NCBI GenBank assembly: GCA_018398765.1
Contig: JAHBMJ010000527.1
Location: 1 to 45,740, forward strand
Length of the DNA stretch: 45,740 nucleotides
Source of the DNA: Chromera velia
Lineage: Eukaryota
Reading direction: 5' to 3'
The translations under genes and the position numbers were made by a program. Under the pieces are notes generated by a model that worked only from the letters and a program-made list of their open reading frames with translations, was not told the origin of the DNA and searched no databases. Shown here in pieces: positions 20,248 to 34,629 of this stretch. Each line of letters begins with the position of its first letter. The first letter of the stretch is position 1.

Positions 20248-23200
20248 TCAGTCTAACCTGGTTACTAACCGTGGTGCTGGAAGTTCGCCAAAAGGAACAC
20301 CCAAACCTTCTGTTGTTTGCCCCTCCTCAACTGGTTGCCGGGGGCCCTCTGTCACTAATCGGGATCCTCCGAAGGTCCCCTCAACGACGACAAAGCCGCC
20401 TGTCTGAGGACCCTGTTGGCCCCGTCTCCCGTCTCCCCCTTCGCCTCGACTCGGTGACGGATTGTCATTTCCATCCTGGTCTTCTCCCCCCTGCTTCAAG
20501 CTGCTGCCTCCACGTCTGAAGGCAGAGAGCCCGGCTGCAGCGCCTGGAAGTGAAGGTTGCCTTGCGGGCCCGTCCTTTTCCTTTGAGGGCCCGAAAAGCG
20601 CCAACTGGACCACTGCGGAGTGGCGCCCCCGGACTCTCTCAATCTGAAAATTAAGCCAATTAAGCGAATCAGAAAAACAAAACAAAACTCTCGTCTCGTA
20701 AGAAAATGCCGGAATGCATTGTAATTCCAATCTTGCTCGGCAAGGATAAACAAAGAGGCGAAACGATTGAGACCATAAAGTTATCGACAGAAATCAAATA
20801 CAGATATGAAGCTGGTTTGACGTTGTGAGCGCTGCACCCTAATGCACATGTGAAAAATCTGTCACGGAACCCTTCAAGCCAAGTGAAACAAACGGACTCA
20901 GGGGTAGACAAACAGAGACGCCTTCAGAAACAGCGTAGATATTGACACTCAAGATGACAGTCAGCGTGACGCAGGCCGAAAGACTTGTCGAACGAGAGAT
21001 AGACCAGAGACGCAGCCAAAAGATTGCGTGCAAAGATTCGGAAGACAGGAACAGACACAGGAAGATAGGAAAAATGAAGGACAGACAGAGATGCAGACAG
21101 GCACGCCGATTGACAAACAGACAGACGAACAGTGCAACAGACGAAAGACCGAGAAGGGAGAGAAAGCAATCGAGACCATCTCAGAAAGGCGATAGACAGA
21201 CAAGCAGGAGCGAAAGGCACGAATCACTCCAAAATCCTCATAATTCCCCAACCACAAACAATTGAACCGACAGACCTCGTCCATGTCAGATGAGCTGGCT
21301 AATGCGACTGCTCCGCGGGCCATCAACACCGCATTCTGCAAGGAGTGGGCAGCCGACCAATTCAAAAATAAGATGGAGAAGCCGGAAGACGATGTTTCTC
21401 ACACACACCGCATTACAATGATAAAGCTGTGCGCGAAGATTGAAGCGAGTTGCAAGTAGCATTCTTGCATTGTATAGGACTCGACATGGATGTCATAGAG
21501 AAGGGGGATCTTCAAGCGTATCAAGAATTCCGGATGCAGATGCATCTTCCCGGTTCACTTCAAAAGGCACACAACAGTGTTCTTCCTCCCTCTCTCCTTT
21601 TCTTCCCTGCACATTTCTTTTTTTAACTTGAGTGCAAAGCTGTTGCACACTCTGTGTGAAAGATGAATACGAAGGAATGGACGAAGGAACAGAGACCCAC
21701 AAAGACAGATGTATTCATCTACCTTCTTCTCTCCTCCTCCTACGACTGTTTCATTGAGTCTTTTGCTGTCTTGGCTCAGTCATGCGTGCATGCATGCGTT
21801 ATCGATCGTCCAGTGATGAAAACAAAGGCCAAACCCCTTTGCTTGCCCCTCTGCTTTGCTCTCTTCTTTCTCTAATCTCTTTCCGCCCCCGCTCCCCCCT
21901 TTTCTCTGTGTTTTGGTGTCTTTGCGTGTATGTGTGTGCACAGATTTGTCCATGCATGCGTCTATCTGTCCTACCTCTGCCACTAAGAAAGTGATGAGAC
22001 GGGAGGCGTCGCTCATGTTGGAGAAGAGCCGCAAATTGAAAAGCGGGAGTCCTGAGAACAAAATGAAACAGCAGAAAACGGATGGATCCCTTGGAGATCG
22101 CGAACAGAGGAAATTTATGCCATGGTAGCCCAACAACGCAAACAGCAGCGTGTGAGATTAAGAAAGAGAACTTTGAGAAAAAAATGGAAGGACACCATGC
22201 AGATAGAAACAGCGGAGGAAGGAAGAGACTGGATCGATCCTCCTTTTTCTTTCGCCCTTCTTGTTTCGCTTCATTTTTTCTCTTCCCTTCGTTCCACAGA
22301 GGCACGCACGCGCATCAAATGTCGTCAATCTGCCCGAACGATGCATCACTCACTCACCGATGTTCACAATGCAGGAGATCGCCGCCATGGTGCGGATGAT
22401 GTTCTGCCACGCTCCTATGCCCTCCTCCCTCGAACTGCATACAGAAGATGGAAAACAGACAATAGAAAGAAAGCGCAGGGGTGGAAAGGGACAGTCATAC
22501 CACAAAGTCAAAGAGCGAGCGTTTGGAAAGCAAAGGGGGCGGGCTGTATTGACCACCAAAACCTCCGTCCGTCCTTGTCTGTACGCACCCTACTGTTTTC
22601 TTTCTTTCCATGTGCCTCTCCTGTTTTTTGTCGGATTTGCCACAAGAACATTTCATCTCGGAGCCCGCCCGAATTCCTGAATTTGTCTGGCTGACTGTCA
22701 ACGTGTCGGTGTTTGAGATTCCTTGAACAAACATATGTATACGGGCCTCTGTGCGTGTGTGTGTGTGTGTTGATCTGTGCCTGAGTCTGCGTGTGTGACG
22801 TTTTCTTCCGTTTCCTTTTCGTTGACATACCGTGAGGGAAATGGACGTTGGTAGCAGTAGAGGAGTTTGAAGGCATCGATGCGAATCTGCAAAACAGCAC
22901 AGAAGGGAAGAACATGAAACCGTTTGTTTGTTCTGCAGTACATGATTTTCTCGGCCCGTCCTGAGCGTCAAGATTTTGTCACAACAGCAGTCAGCATCAT
23001 GCGTTCATTAGGATTCATTGTGAGGCATTCGTATCTGCTCACTCTACCGGATTGGTGGTGGACACCTCCTCCCAGTTCGCACACCATCATTATCATCACT
23101 CCATGCATGAACACGCACGCCTGACGTACCTCCAGAAGGTTCATCAGCCAAGCGAGAAATGGAATGACAGGTAGGGCGATGGAGAAGAACGCGACAAGGC

Positions 23201-25971
23201 CAAACTGAATCACCAGTTCCATGAAATCGTCAGTCGTGGAGTCGTACTTCTCCTGCAGTCAAAGCAAAAGAAACAAACAAACAAAAGTCTTGATCCAGAG
23301 CCCGGGGAAAATACTCTCATGATGATGCACAGAGAGTCGTGTGTCCCTTTGACTTAGATGGCCTGTGTTTGCATTGAAGTAAGTCAACCAGATTACGACC
23401 GAAATGGGCAAGTAAGGAAAAAGGCCATACAGTCACGTCGACCAGAGGACCCGCGCTTCTTTGTACCAAGCACGAAGAAGGCACATGATGCAGTATATGA
23501 TTCCGACCAAGTGAAGTCAATCTGTAAAGATTTTCTCTCCCAACCATTTTCTCAATCATCTGGATTCCTTTTGCATCGATGCAGACTTTTGGAAATTTCT
23601 TCGCACAATAAGGAGTATGAACATTCGGCAATCTGTCAGAGGGGAACTTCTTTCCTCCAACCGTGGCACCTACTGCCAGACAGGCAGCCAGACAGACAGA
23701 CAGCCAGACAGAGAAGCCGACCATTTTGTACTGCTTCTCCACTCGGCTGAGCACTGCAAGGCCCCCCTCCGCCGTCCTCTCACGGCGCACCTTCAGGGCG
23801 TAGCTCAACAACCTGCGGGCATCATGCATCGGTTTGATTTCTGTTGCATTTTTTCTCTCGTACAGTCTCTTGACTCGTCATACACGCTAAACCCAAAACG
23901 CCCCAGTACGAAGGATGGGTGACAATGGGAGGAGAGAAGAAGGGTTGCACGTAAACTCACAAACCCAGCAGGTATTGAAAAATGAAAGAGCAGAGGAAAT
24001 TGCTGGGGATGTACCTTCTCAGGGTATGCCACAGGTTTGTCGACTTCTCTTTTCTTATCCGAAAATGCACTCATGAGACAGCTGTCTTGCTTCTTGTGGT
24101 CACATTGTCTGCATGCATCGACTCCTCTCTGTCGACTGACGGGGCTCCAATTTCAAAGGCGTTGAAGGCCAAATTGACGACAAATATGGATGCCAGCTGG
24201 GTGGTCAGGTAAGACAGGCATGATCTGCTTCCACCTGCACCCTCTGCAGGGCCCTCACACCCGCTGTCCTCCTGCTCGACTATGTCCTGCAGCGTCATCG
24301 TTATCGTCACGGTTCGCGAAGGTACCTAGTGAGTCGCTCTCTTCCTACTCATACGAAGAATAGCTAGAGAAACATTAAAAAAAAACCCCACGTTCCTTAC
24401 TCTCGATGATGATCGCCAAATCTCAAGAAAAAAAGGACGAGGTCCTCGAAAGAAGGAGGTCCGAATGATCTGTTGACCTGGCCGTTTGGAAATCCGTTCT
24501 TATCCAGCTTGGGAAACAAAAAGTGCTATGACGGTGCAGATCCACGCAAAAAAAGAATTTTTTCGCCAGAACTTTCAGCTGACTCCCGGCCCAGGACACC
24601 ACTTTCACAAGAGCAAAAAGAGATGCGCCCAATTTCAATGACTGACTTTCAAGAGGGCAATGTAGAAGAGAGAATTGAAGCTGTTGATGAACTTGAACAA
24701 AAAGACCTTCACCTGAATTCATGCAGCCATGCACGGAGGCAAATTGACACAGATCCGAAGCGTGAGTACGCGTCAGTGTCGTGTGAGTGGCAGAGGAAGA
24801 GAGAGCAAGAGAGAGAGAAAAAAAGAGGGCAGCGTTGTGCAGAAGAGCAGGTGGTCGACCATCCCCCACTTGAAAAGGTCTGACACTCTTTCTCTTGTAT
24901 GACAATTCATTCATGCAAGCACTCAAGTCAATTGAGGATGTAACAAATCAACCAAAAAGTTTTTCTTCCCTCTTGGTTGCCGCTTTCTTTCCCTGACTTG
25001 TTTGTTTCCCTCTTTTCTTCTTCCCTTTCTTCATTCCTCTGTTCCTCCACTTCTCTCCTTCGTGCCTACTTAACTTTTTGAACAGGAATCAAAAAATGGG
25101 CTTCTCTCTATTCTCCTACACTGACGAATACCTTTAGATGCGCTCCAGCTTTCAGAGAAGTGAAGTAACGCATACGCCGACTGACCACCAGGCTCTCTCT
25201 GTATTGCGACTCCAGCTTGTGGTTCTCGAACGCTGTCAGCACGGGCGCAACCGCTGACCAGATCTGGACAAAAGGTGGAAGGAGAGAGAATGAATTTTCG
25301 TTGGAAAGATGATAAAGAAAGTGACATGATGGGGTCCTGTATGGGAATGGATCGACGGGCCAGAGCCAGCCAAAGGTGGGACCTCTTTTTGGCTGGAGGA
25401 GTTGCAAAGTGAAGAGAAAAAGAAAAGAGGGAAAGATATTTTGACAGCTAGAGACAAAGAAACAGCTAGAGACAAAGAAACAGACCAGGTCAAATATTTT
25501 GATTTGGACCGCGTTGGCAAGAGACATGATAGTCGTGGGGTCCTCCAGCACGTAAGTTGGCAAACCGTGTCTGCAGAAAGCAAGGAAGCAAGAAGAGAAG
25601 GAATGGAGGGTGGAAGAAAGGCAGCAGAACGGCAAAACTTGGACGGAGGTGAAAACAGAAGGAGAAATGAAATGGGGTGCTCAACAGAGAGATCAAAGGG
25701 GCTTGCGAGACAAACACACAGACAAAGCAAGAAGACGGACAAGAAAAAGTACCCGACTGACTGACTTCTCAAAGAAAGGACGGAGACGATCTGCGTTCTC
25801 CTTCACCCATCCTCTGCAATCATTCAAGAGTCTCAATCGCTCCGTTAGGAGGTGTTCGAAGAGAAAGGCGGCAGCAAAAGAGGGAAAGCGGCAAAAATAA
25901 AAGGGCGGAGACCATGTGGGGCAAATTGGTTGGCCGAGGAGCTGTCAAATGATCCTTATCTGACAACCGAG

Positions 25972-26021
<50 letters not shown>

Positions 26022-29000
26022 AGTGTGTGTGTGCGTGTGTGTGTGTGTGTTTGCATTCTTGTCTCGTTCTCCTGATTTGTTCTTTCCGAAATTGTGTTCT
26101 GTTCCTGTTCCCCGTCCACGAGTCTGTACGTTTTCTTTCTCCCCTGCATTCATCTACTTCGACTTTAAATCTCCCCCTGATCTCTTCTCCTCCACACCCT
26201 TTATGCAGGTCTGATTTTGGGGAGGCGATTCTTTTCTTTTCATCCAGAACCAACAGCAGAAATTGAACTGACCTGCAAAAGAAGATGCCAAAAACACAGA
26301 CACAGTTGACTAGAACAAACAGACTGGTAACTGCATTGGAAGCTAGTAATCGAATCTGCATCGGAGCATGACCACCGACGGGTTGGTTTCATTTCAGATC
26401 CTCAGGATGGAAAAGAAAAATTTAAGTGCATGAGATTTTGACAAACAAAGGAAGCAAAAACCCTCTTTACCTATGAACTCGTAGAGGGTCCATAGAACTG
26501 GAAAAATATATTATCAGAGAATTAACACGAGGAAAAGAGAATGAAAGAGCAGGTTGGTAGGCCTGATTCTCAAGAGCCTGAGCGCACGGTCTTCACTCGA
26601 CAAGACGACTCGACAAGACGTCATTTGAGTTTGAAATGGTGTCTGCTTCAGGCAATGCGGATTTCTTGGTGTACGGCTTCTTGTACTTTCGAACAACTCT
26701 ATGCGGAACGGATCTGATACAGCCGGCCAGTGACGCATAAACCCGAGTGGCTTACTAACCATTCTCTTCCGCTTGCTGTATCGCCGCACCAAAACATTCG
26801 GGTTGATCTCTGAGACCTCAACCCTGCATGAATCAGAACGTGAGAACAGACAGTCTTCAAAGCCCACAAAACAAATGCAAGGGCAAGGAAACAAGAGAGA
26901 AAAGAACCAATTGTGGCCGAAAGAACGAAATGCTGCCAGCCCCTGAGTCAATCAAGCTGGTCACATGAGATTCAATCCAGAAAAAAGAAAAAGGAGCAGA
27001 CGCGTTGTGTGGTCCATCGCCCTTCCACTCAGAGAGTCGCGCTTCCAAGCACATGCATTAAGCCAAATAAAATCGGAAGTCTTCATCCAGAAAACTTGTT
27101 GTGGTACATGAAGGGCGAGGCACAGGAGAACACAGGAAACTAGCACAGAAAAGGAGTATGATTCCTTAGTCACACCAAAAAGAATGGAACAGAAACAGCG
27201 AAAGGACTTGTTTGAATGGCGAGACAACAATCCTGAAAAGAATCAGATAAAGGCAAGGAATGTGAGGCAGCTCAGCAGCATGGCTTTCTTGAGAAGCAGG
27301 AACAATGCAAACACTTCTTTGTGTTCGGAACGAAAAAAGACCAAACCCTTCCTGAGAGACTTCCCCCGGTGTACCCACCCACCTATCCGGTTGAAAGTTG
27401 TGCCACTCTGGGTCCACTGCAGTCTCCTGTCCTCCTGTACCGGCCGCCGTCCCGCTCCCGCTGTTTGAATGTCCGAGGCCCCAACTGACATTCATTCAAT
27501 CAATCATTTATTCATTCTTTCACTTTTTTGTGCTCTCGCACGTTTTTTTCTGAAACATAGTTTGAGCATGTACTCAGACTGCCTTGCGCAGCTGTTCGAT
27601 GGATGCTGCGTTGACTTTTTATTCGCATCAAAGGATCTGGAGGTTGGATCGAGAGCTACAGAACTCTGCCTGAACAATGTGCCGCGAGTAGACTGACGAT
27701 GAGAGTCGGCCTGAAAGGGAAAGTCAAAGTCAAGAGCGCAGAAGCATGAAAGAGTCCTTTCAGAAAACAAATTTGAAAGGACGAAAAGAAGTGGAAGCCG
27801 ACCAGAGGAGTGGTTCGAGAGAATATCCAGTCCTTCGATTCTGCCGTCGAAGTGCTAATTTGTCTCGTGTGTGTGTGTGTGTGTGTGTGTGTTTGTATGT
27901 GTACGTGCGTGGCTGCGTGACTCTGCCTGTCTATGCATGTTTGTGTATGTGCGTCTTTTTTTGCCTTGCGTTTTACGTCGATTCAATTGAGCAGCCGAGT
28001 CTTCTGCCCCACCGATAAGCAGTCTTTTGCTGCAAGCACGGAACGAAAAAGGAAAGGAAGAGAAGGAGGAAGGAAAAATTATTCTCACTGGAGCTTTTTT
28101 TACGCATCAATTTTACCCAATGGGGCACCATTTGAAGAGTAAAGCTGAAGAAAAGTCAGAACATCAGCGCGTCCGCATGCAATGGAGACATACAAAGATC
28201 TTTGTGTAAGACTGTGATTCATTCTGTGCTCTCAATGAAAGTCACAAAAGACACAAAGAACGTCTACGGTCTCACTCACCGCCTTTCGGGGCCACTGTTC
28301 AGCAAACCAGGCCGTCCAGACAGCAGTCAGCACACACTGGATCAGAATAACCACCTCCGTCCTGCGTGCACACAGGGAGGGAAGAGTGATGAATGAAATG
28401 AGGAAGGGAAAAGGAGGCATGAGAAAGGAGCAGCTCAGCTTCAGAGAGAACAGAGAGGGAGAGAGCGCAGAAGAAAGTTGCGCGCGCTGTTTGGACTCTC
28501 CGCATTGCATCATTTTTTCTCTGCTTCATCTGTGAAGCAGACGATTGTGTGTCCGTCAGGAAAACGAAGAAAGCCTGCACAAATGTGAAAGGATTTCTCT
28601 CTTGCCTGCCCCACCAGAGTACAGTGGAATCTGTTTGTTCACTCATTTACGTTCATTACTTCAGACTCACAGCCATCCCTGTTGCCCGTCTCGGAGGTAG
28701 TCGATTGCCTGGAGAACAGTCGCGATAAGGCCGACAGCTGCGGGGACTGAGAGCTGCACTTGTTCATTGATTTGCGGGAATTCACCAGAGAGCTAAAATG
28801 AGACTCACTGAATGTGCCAGGCACACCAATCTTCGGGCGCGTTGGGTCTCAGAGGAGGCGAAGAAGCAAATATAGTCCAGCTATGAAGCAGACAGAAGCT
28901 AGAACTTCAAGAAACTCGAAATAATCCCAGGCAGGCAAAAAAGAAAGAAACAAAGCAGACGGATACAGAGAGCGCCACAGACCCGGCAGCCCACCTGACG

Positions 29001-30140
29001 GGTGTAGTACCCAGCCCAAGCGAAGTAGAAGGCGATTTCCTCCCCTGAGTGTATCACACAACCAAGTTGGCGGATGTGCATAACATAACAAATATTCTCA
29101 TAGGAAAAACAAGCAGCGTCCATGTCACTCCCCCCACCCAGACTATTCTGTGGAAGCATGGTGAGCACACGGTCTTAAGAGGTTTTTCATTCAGATGCAG
29201 TCGGCCTCAGGAATGCCTCTGCTGGGTCTCAATCAGGGCTGGTCACTGTCCTTCGGCATTCTCCACTGCTCATAGAAGTGAGAAAGACAGATGTTCTAGG
29301 GGCCAGAAGCAAATGCTGATCGAAGCAACTGACCGAAGTACGTGCGGATGTCATCCAGTGGCTGTTGTGTGGACTTGAGGATCCTGGGCTTGCAGGAGCC
29401 CCTGCAGGATCGATCGAGGGGAATGGAGGAACTAACAGCCCATCCAGGTAATTCAATGATGAGACACACATTCATGAGGACACACACCAAGGGGGAGACA
29501 TGGGCACAGAGCCGACGTCAGGGAAAGAGGAGAAAACAGGACCGCAGAGCGAGATAGGGAGGGAGTTCTGTGTGTCTAGCTTCATGTTTCGACCCGCGTT
29601 CACATGTGTGCCTGTTTCACGTCCCTGCCTCACTCCCTGTTTTTTGATTTTCAGACTGACTGACCAGCGAATGCGCATTTTTTGGTTCATGCCGGGCTGA
29701 TGAAGGTAGACGACGTCCAACAGCACTCCCTGACGGATGGATGGAAAGTTGTCGGAAAGAATCAGGGGAACAATATTGTCTGAATGATATACCAAGTCAA
29801 CGATCACACTCTGACTCGAGATCGCATAGAAAAGAGAGAAAACATCAGAATGGCACTGAATGAAAGAGGGTCGAGAGGCACCGAAGGAAAAAATGTCCCA
29901 CAGGACCTCGCCATGTGCTCTACTCCCTTGTCGCCTCACGACGCCCTTGAATGATCAATTTTCCAACCGCACGTATTGATATGTCGGACCAATGCGATCG
30001 ATGCCCCTTTGTTCTTTGAAAAAGCCCTCGAACATTCCTCCCCGTCCTGCGTGTTTTGATTTGTTTCGGCCATTCAAATCCCCCTTGGAAAACGAGAAGG
30101 CAGAAAGGTGATAAAAAAAGAGAGAGAGATGGGGAGAGAG

Positions 30141-30187
<47 letters not shown>

Positions 30188-32429
30188 CGCACATCGTCTA
30201 CCATCCTCTGCAAAGCCACGTAGTGTTGGAGAAGACGAGCAGACAGGCGCATTCGGTCTACAGGACGCCAAATGGATCCCTCTCTGTATCCCCCTTCTCC
30301 TTCTCCATCTCCGTCTCCGGGCCCAATCGGAAGTTCTACTCCCACTGCGGTCTGTGTTTCCTCCTGTGACTGTGGCTCCCCTGCTCTTCTGTCTTGAAGT
30401 GAGAGGGACGCTCTGCGGTGTGAGTCTGCTCTGTCCCGTGTCCGATTCTGCAAGTCCGTTGTTGTATCGATAAAATAGGTATGTGAGAGGTCACAGTGTC
30501 GAAGCAGATAGGCATCAAATTTCTCTCTGTAGGCAAAAAAGGCAATTAATGTCATCGAATGTTCACCATGGCAAGTCATATTCTATCTTTTCTCAAATGA
30601 GGTATGAGCAGCCGAACGTCAGAACTGACCAGTAAGGTCTCTCTGCCGTCAACTGCCGAATTCTCTTCCAAGTCGACCCTGCTCACTCTGCCTTCTCTCA
30701 TCGAGACAGACCCCCCAGTGAGTGAGTGCCTCGGATGTTCCTGATACCGTACCAGTTCATCGAAGGGAGGGCTCGTGGGTGAGAGCTCCCTTGCACCCAC
30801 ACGTCCTGTCGCCGCAAGACTCTCGCCCCCTCCCCCCCACCTAGTGGTGCCCCCCCCCACCCCCCCAATGGAAGAGGCACGAGAGTACAGCTGAGACCCG
30901 TACGCACCTCTGAAGTGCTGCGCGTCTAGTTGCTCCTCGCCAAAATGCAGAGGAATGGGGTGACCTTCAGTGTCGTGACGCTGCCACAGCTGCATGCATG
31001 CACATAGTCACATTGCAAAAGAAAAGTCACACGGCAGCCCTTTGGAACAATTGTCTACGATGCACAGCAAAGGAACTTGGCCGATCAGTCGACTGGATAA
31101 ATTTTCTATTGCATGTCTCGAGTGACGCACCAACCTCAAAACTCGACGACTCACTTACTGACTCACTGACTCACTCACTCACCATTTTGCCGCCCACAGT
31201 TGCCGCGTCTCTTTCCCCTCTTCCATCGTCAGACTCTCCCCCCGTCTGCTTGCCCCCTTCCCCAGAAGGGTTTCCCTCCCTCTCCTCATTGGCATTTGCG
31301 TCTGCGCTGGGTTGACGGCACCACCAGAATTTCCCCTTCTCGGCCGCTCGGTCGAATGGAAAAAAGGGGGGGAAATACGAAGCCCTGCGACAGCAGATAG
31401 TGACACGAAAGCAATTATACACGGAAATAATAATGCATGGAAGGAACGAAGAATCCGTACACACAAAGGAACGACTAAAGCACCGGTGGTAAGGCCGGCA
31501 GGAAATAAGAAAAGAAAAGAAACGAGAAACGACCACGCTTATTCATATGGACGCAAAAACCAATGGATCCAATCATGCAGCCAAGAACAAAGCATTGATA
31601 GGGAGGCAAAAGAGAGGTTAGAAAGTGAGCTGTGGCTTAGGCACCCTGAGGTCTGAAGATTCAAATGAGCGCCCGTTCTTCCCCGAAGTCCTGCAACACT
31701 GCAGAAGTCTACACACACACAGCTCCACATCAGCCTTTCTCTCGTTCAACCCCTTGCCTTCCCAAAACCCCAGTCTCTCGTTCAACCACTTGCCTTCCGA
31801 AAAACCCAGCCCATCCATTCAAAACATTCCCTGCCGTGTTTGTCTGCGTACCTGCTGCAGAACGGAAAGGCGTCTCTGCAAACTGAGGGCGCCATCTGGC
31901 ATCTGTAAGAAAACCTCTCAGCAGCAGACGCGCAAAGTTTGTCTGGCATTCGCACCTGAAGGGAGGAAGGAGTCGGGAAGTTTCGAAAACACATTCTCAC
32001 TTTTGTTTGTATTTTCATGCGGTTTTTCATGCAGAACGGAGAGGGAAAACAAGTAAGAAAAAACTAGAGAATGCGAGAGAAAATGAGAGATCATCGTACA
32101 CTACCTCCGCCTGCTTCATGCCTCTCCTGTTAGAGATCAGCATACCTACCGACCTTGACGAAGGTCTCTTCGAGGTCGTGAGCGTCAACAACCTGCGTAG
32201 GTTCATAAGAGGACAATTAAACAAAAGGTGGTCACACACAGATTCATTCACCCTTCGAGTGGGGAATCAGAATCCACAGGAAAGAATCGAGAGAGGCACC
32301 CTTCCTGTTTTGCCCTGCGCCTTCTCTCTCCAAATGGAAAAACAAACTCACATGGCCAAAGGAGCCAAAAGGCGGTAGAGCACGATGAAAAGGAAACAGG
32401 AAGGAACTCCATGTTTCCATCACACATGT

Positions 32430-32511
<82 letters not shown>

Positions 32512-32517
32512 ATATAT

Positions 32518-32573
<56 letters not shown>

Positions 32574-34166
32574 TGCCTAGAAATAAGTGGAGGGGCACCT
32601 CATTTGCGCTGGCACAGGCATTGGTGTTTGTCAGTTGAGCATACCCGATCGATCTGCATCCATAATTCTTTCTTCCTTTCTTTGTCCAGCTGGCGACGAG
32701 ATTCTTTGAGGTCCCACCCATGCACCCTTTCATTCAGCATACAGCCTTTCATACGTACATACGGATGTACGTGACAGATGGACCATCGATCATCAGAATA
32801 CAACCCACACGGTGACCCCCCACCCGTCCCCGAACCAACCCACCCGCACTTCAAATCCCAGCCGCAGGAGAGCGCTCACTGTCACTTGCCTCATCGTCTC
32901 GATCACCTCGTCAAGAGGGGCTCCCCCTGCACGCACAGCGAGAGAGAGGGGGAGAGAGAGAGAGAATTGAGGTGCGAGTTTTACAGAGAGAGATGAGGCT
33001 CACAAGCACTGAATGTCAACGGGCAGACTTGGGAAGGACGGACAGAAAGGAAGGACAGCGAGGGGGGCCCTGATGTTCCTGGTCAAAGCAGCTGACAGAC
33101 CAAGGGGGGTTGGCCAAGGTTCGATTACAGTACTTGCAGATTGGTGGAGCTGAATACTCATTCGTGTTTCAACCCAAAGAGAAACCCTCATTGAAAGACC
33201 AGACGAAACACCAGGGAGTGGCTGGTGCGGTTGGTTCACATGCACCATCGCATACCATCAAGAATAGAGCAAAAAGTCGGGAGACGGCTGAGAGAAGAGA
33301 AGACGCTTCGACAAACAAATTTAGCAAGAAGCCTCTTCAACTAACCTCTGTGCTCCTCGATCCACTCAGTCCAATCCCTCCCGTACCTGCGCAGTGACCC
33401 ACATGCATGAGCACAGTCTCGAGAATACACGGTCCAAGTCGGACCATTGCGGATTCCTCACATCGATCATAAAGCCCGCTCTTCAAAGCAAGATTGATTC
33501 CAAATAATATCGGGTAGAAGGTTTGCCTCTCAGACAGGCACGGGCGAAGAAAGAGACTGCCAGAGGAAGAGCACAAAGAAGAGTTTCCTTCCCTTCTTCC
33601 CTCTCATTTGATTCTCTGTAATCTCTCCACGTTAGACAGACAGTCAAATAAACAGACAGCTGATGAAGACGCAGGCAAAAAAACAGACACACAGACAAAC
33701 GGACCATGGCGACACAGACCCACAGTCCAGCTCCACAGTCCCGTGCGGTCCGATTGCATAACCCCCCCCCGTCTCCTGTTGACCGTCTGCCGGTCTTCCC
33801 TCCGCTTGTGAAGGTTGCCTCTCGACTATCGACCCATCACCGTTCAATGGAAAGGGCACGAAGGGGAAGGCCCTCTTTGCCCATTTTTTGATTTTGGACG
33901 CTTCAACTTTTGGGTTGTGCTTCTTTGACCTCTTTTTCGGGTCGTCGGGCAGAAAGGGGTGCTGGAAGACTAGGGCGAAGTCGAAGGGCTCGTTCTCCTC
34001 TTGGTGAATCCTCGCTGCAGCACAGGCAGGCAGGCACATGGAAAGGGGCACATTTACTGGCACGGAGAGATTCATAGGCAGACAGATGGGCAGACGCATA
34101 GATAGGCGAGCAACAACTCCTCCGCTCATGAAGACACAGAAACATCGACACACCAACACGCACGCA

Positions 34167-34205
<39 letters not shown>

Positions 34206-34629
34206 GCATAGACGGCCGGACTGGCAGGCAGGCTTGTTTGGGAAGTGAGAATAGAACGGGAAGGCAAGAAAGGGGGGGCGACCGTTCACAGATAGATGGA
34301 TAAAGACCCGAGCCACTCAAGTGTCTATACATACGGCGGCTCGAGAGGCGGGTCTGCGGAGAACGCAAGAGGGGTTTTTGCGCGAGTACACTTTTGCACC
34401 TTCCTTGCTGTCTCTCGCTCTCCTCGCTTTTTCTGACGGGCTTACAATCGATTCGCTCTCGCTCTGCCTCTGTGAAGCTCCGTGCGTACACATCCTCGCC
34501 ACAAGAAAAGAACGAGTCGCTCCGCTGACGGGCACCAGCCACACTGGCAGAGTGCGCATGTGGATGCGCATTCGCCCCTATGCAGCTGATGAAGCTCTCC
34601 TGTTCCCTCTGTCGTTGCAGGTCCAGCAT
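20248..34629 (-). CDS. Anoctamin/TMEM16 family Ca2+-activated channel or scramblase, many exons
   Basis: Exon peptides are QPLDDIRTYFG (29350), GEEIAFYFAWAGYYT (29020), LTAFENHKLESQY (25220), VKVFLFKFINSFNSLFYIALLK (24647-24712), CLSYLTTQLASIF, YDSTTDDFMELVIQFGLVAFFSIALPVIPFLAWLMNLLE (23130-23253), DAFKLLYCYQRPFP (22850) and GIGAWQNI (22410). Both termini are uncertain. Confidence 0.88.
32430..32573. repeat. Compound microsatellite (CA)n(TA)n(CA)n(GA)n in an anoctamin intron
   Basis: Directly visible. Confidence 0.95.
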
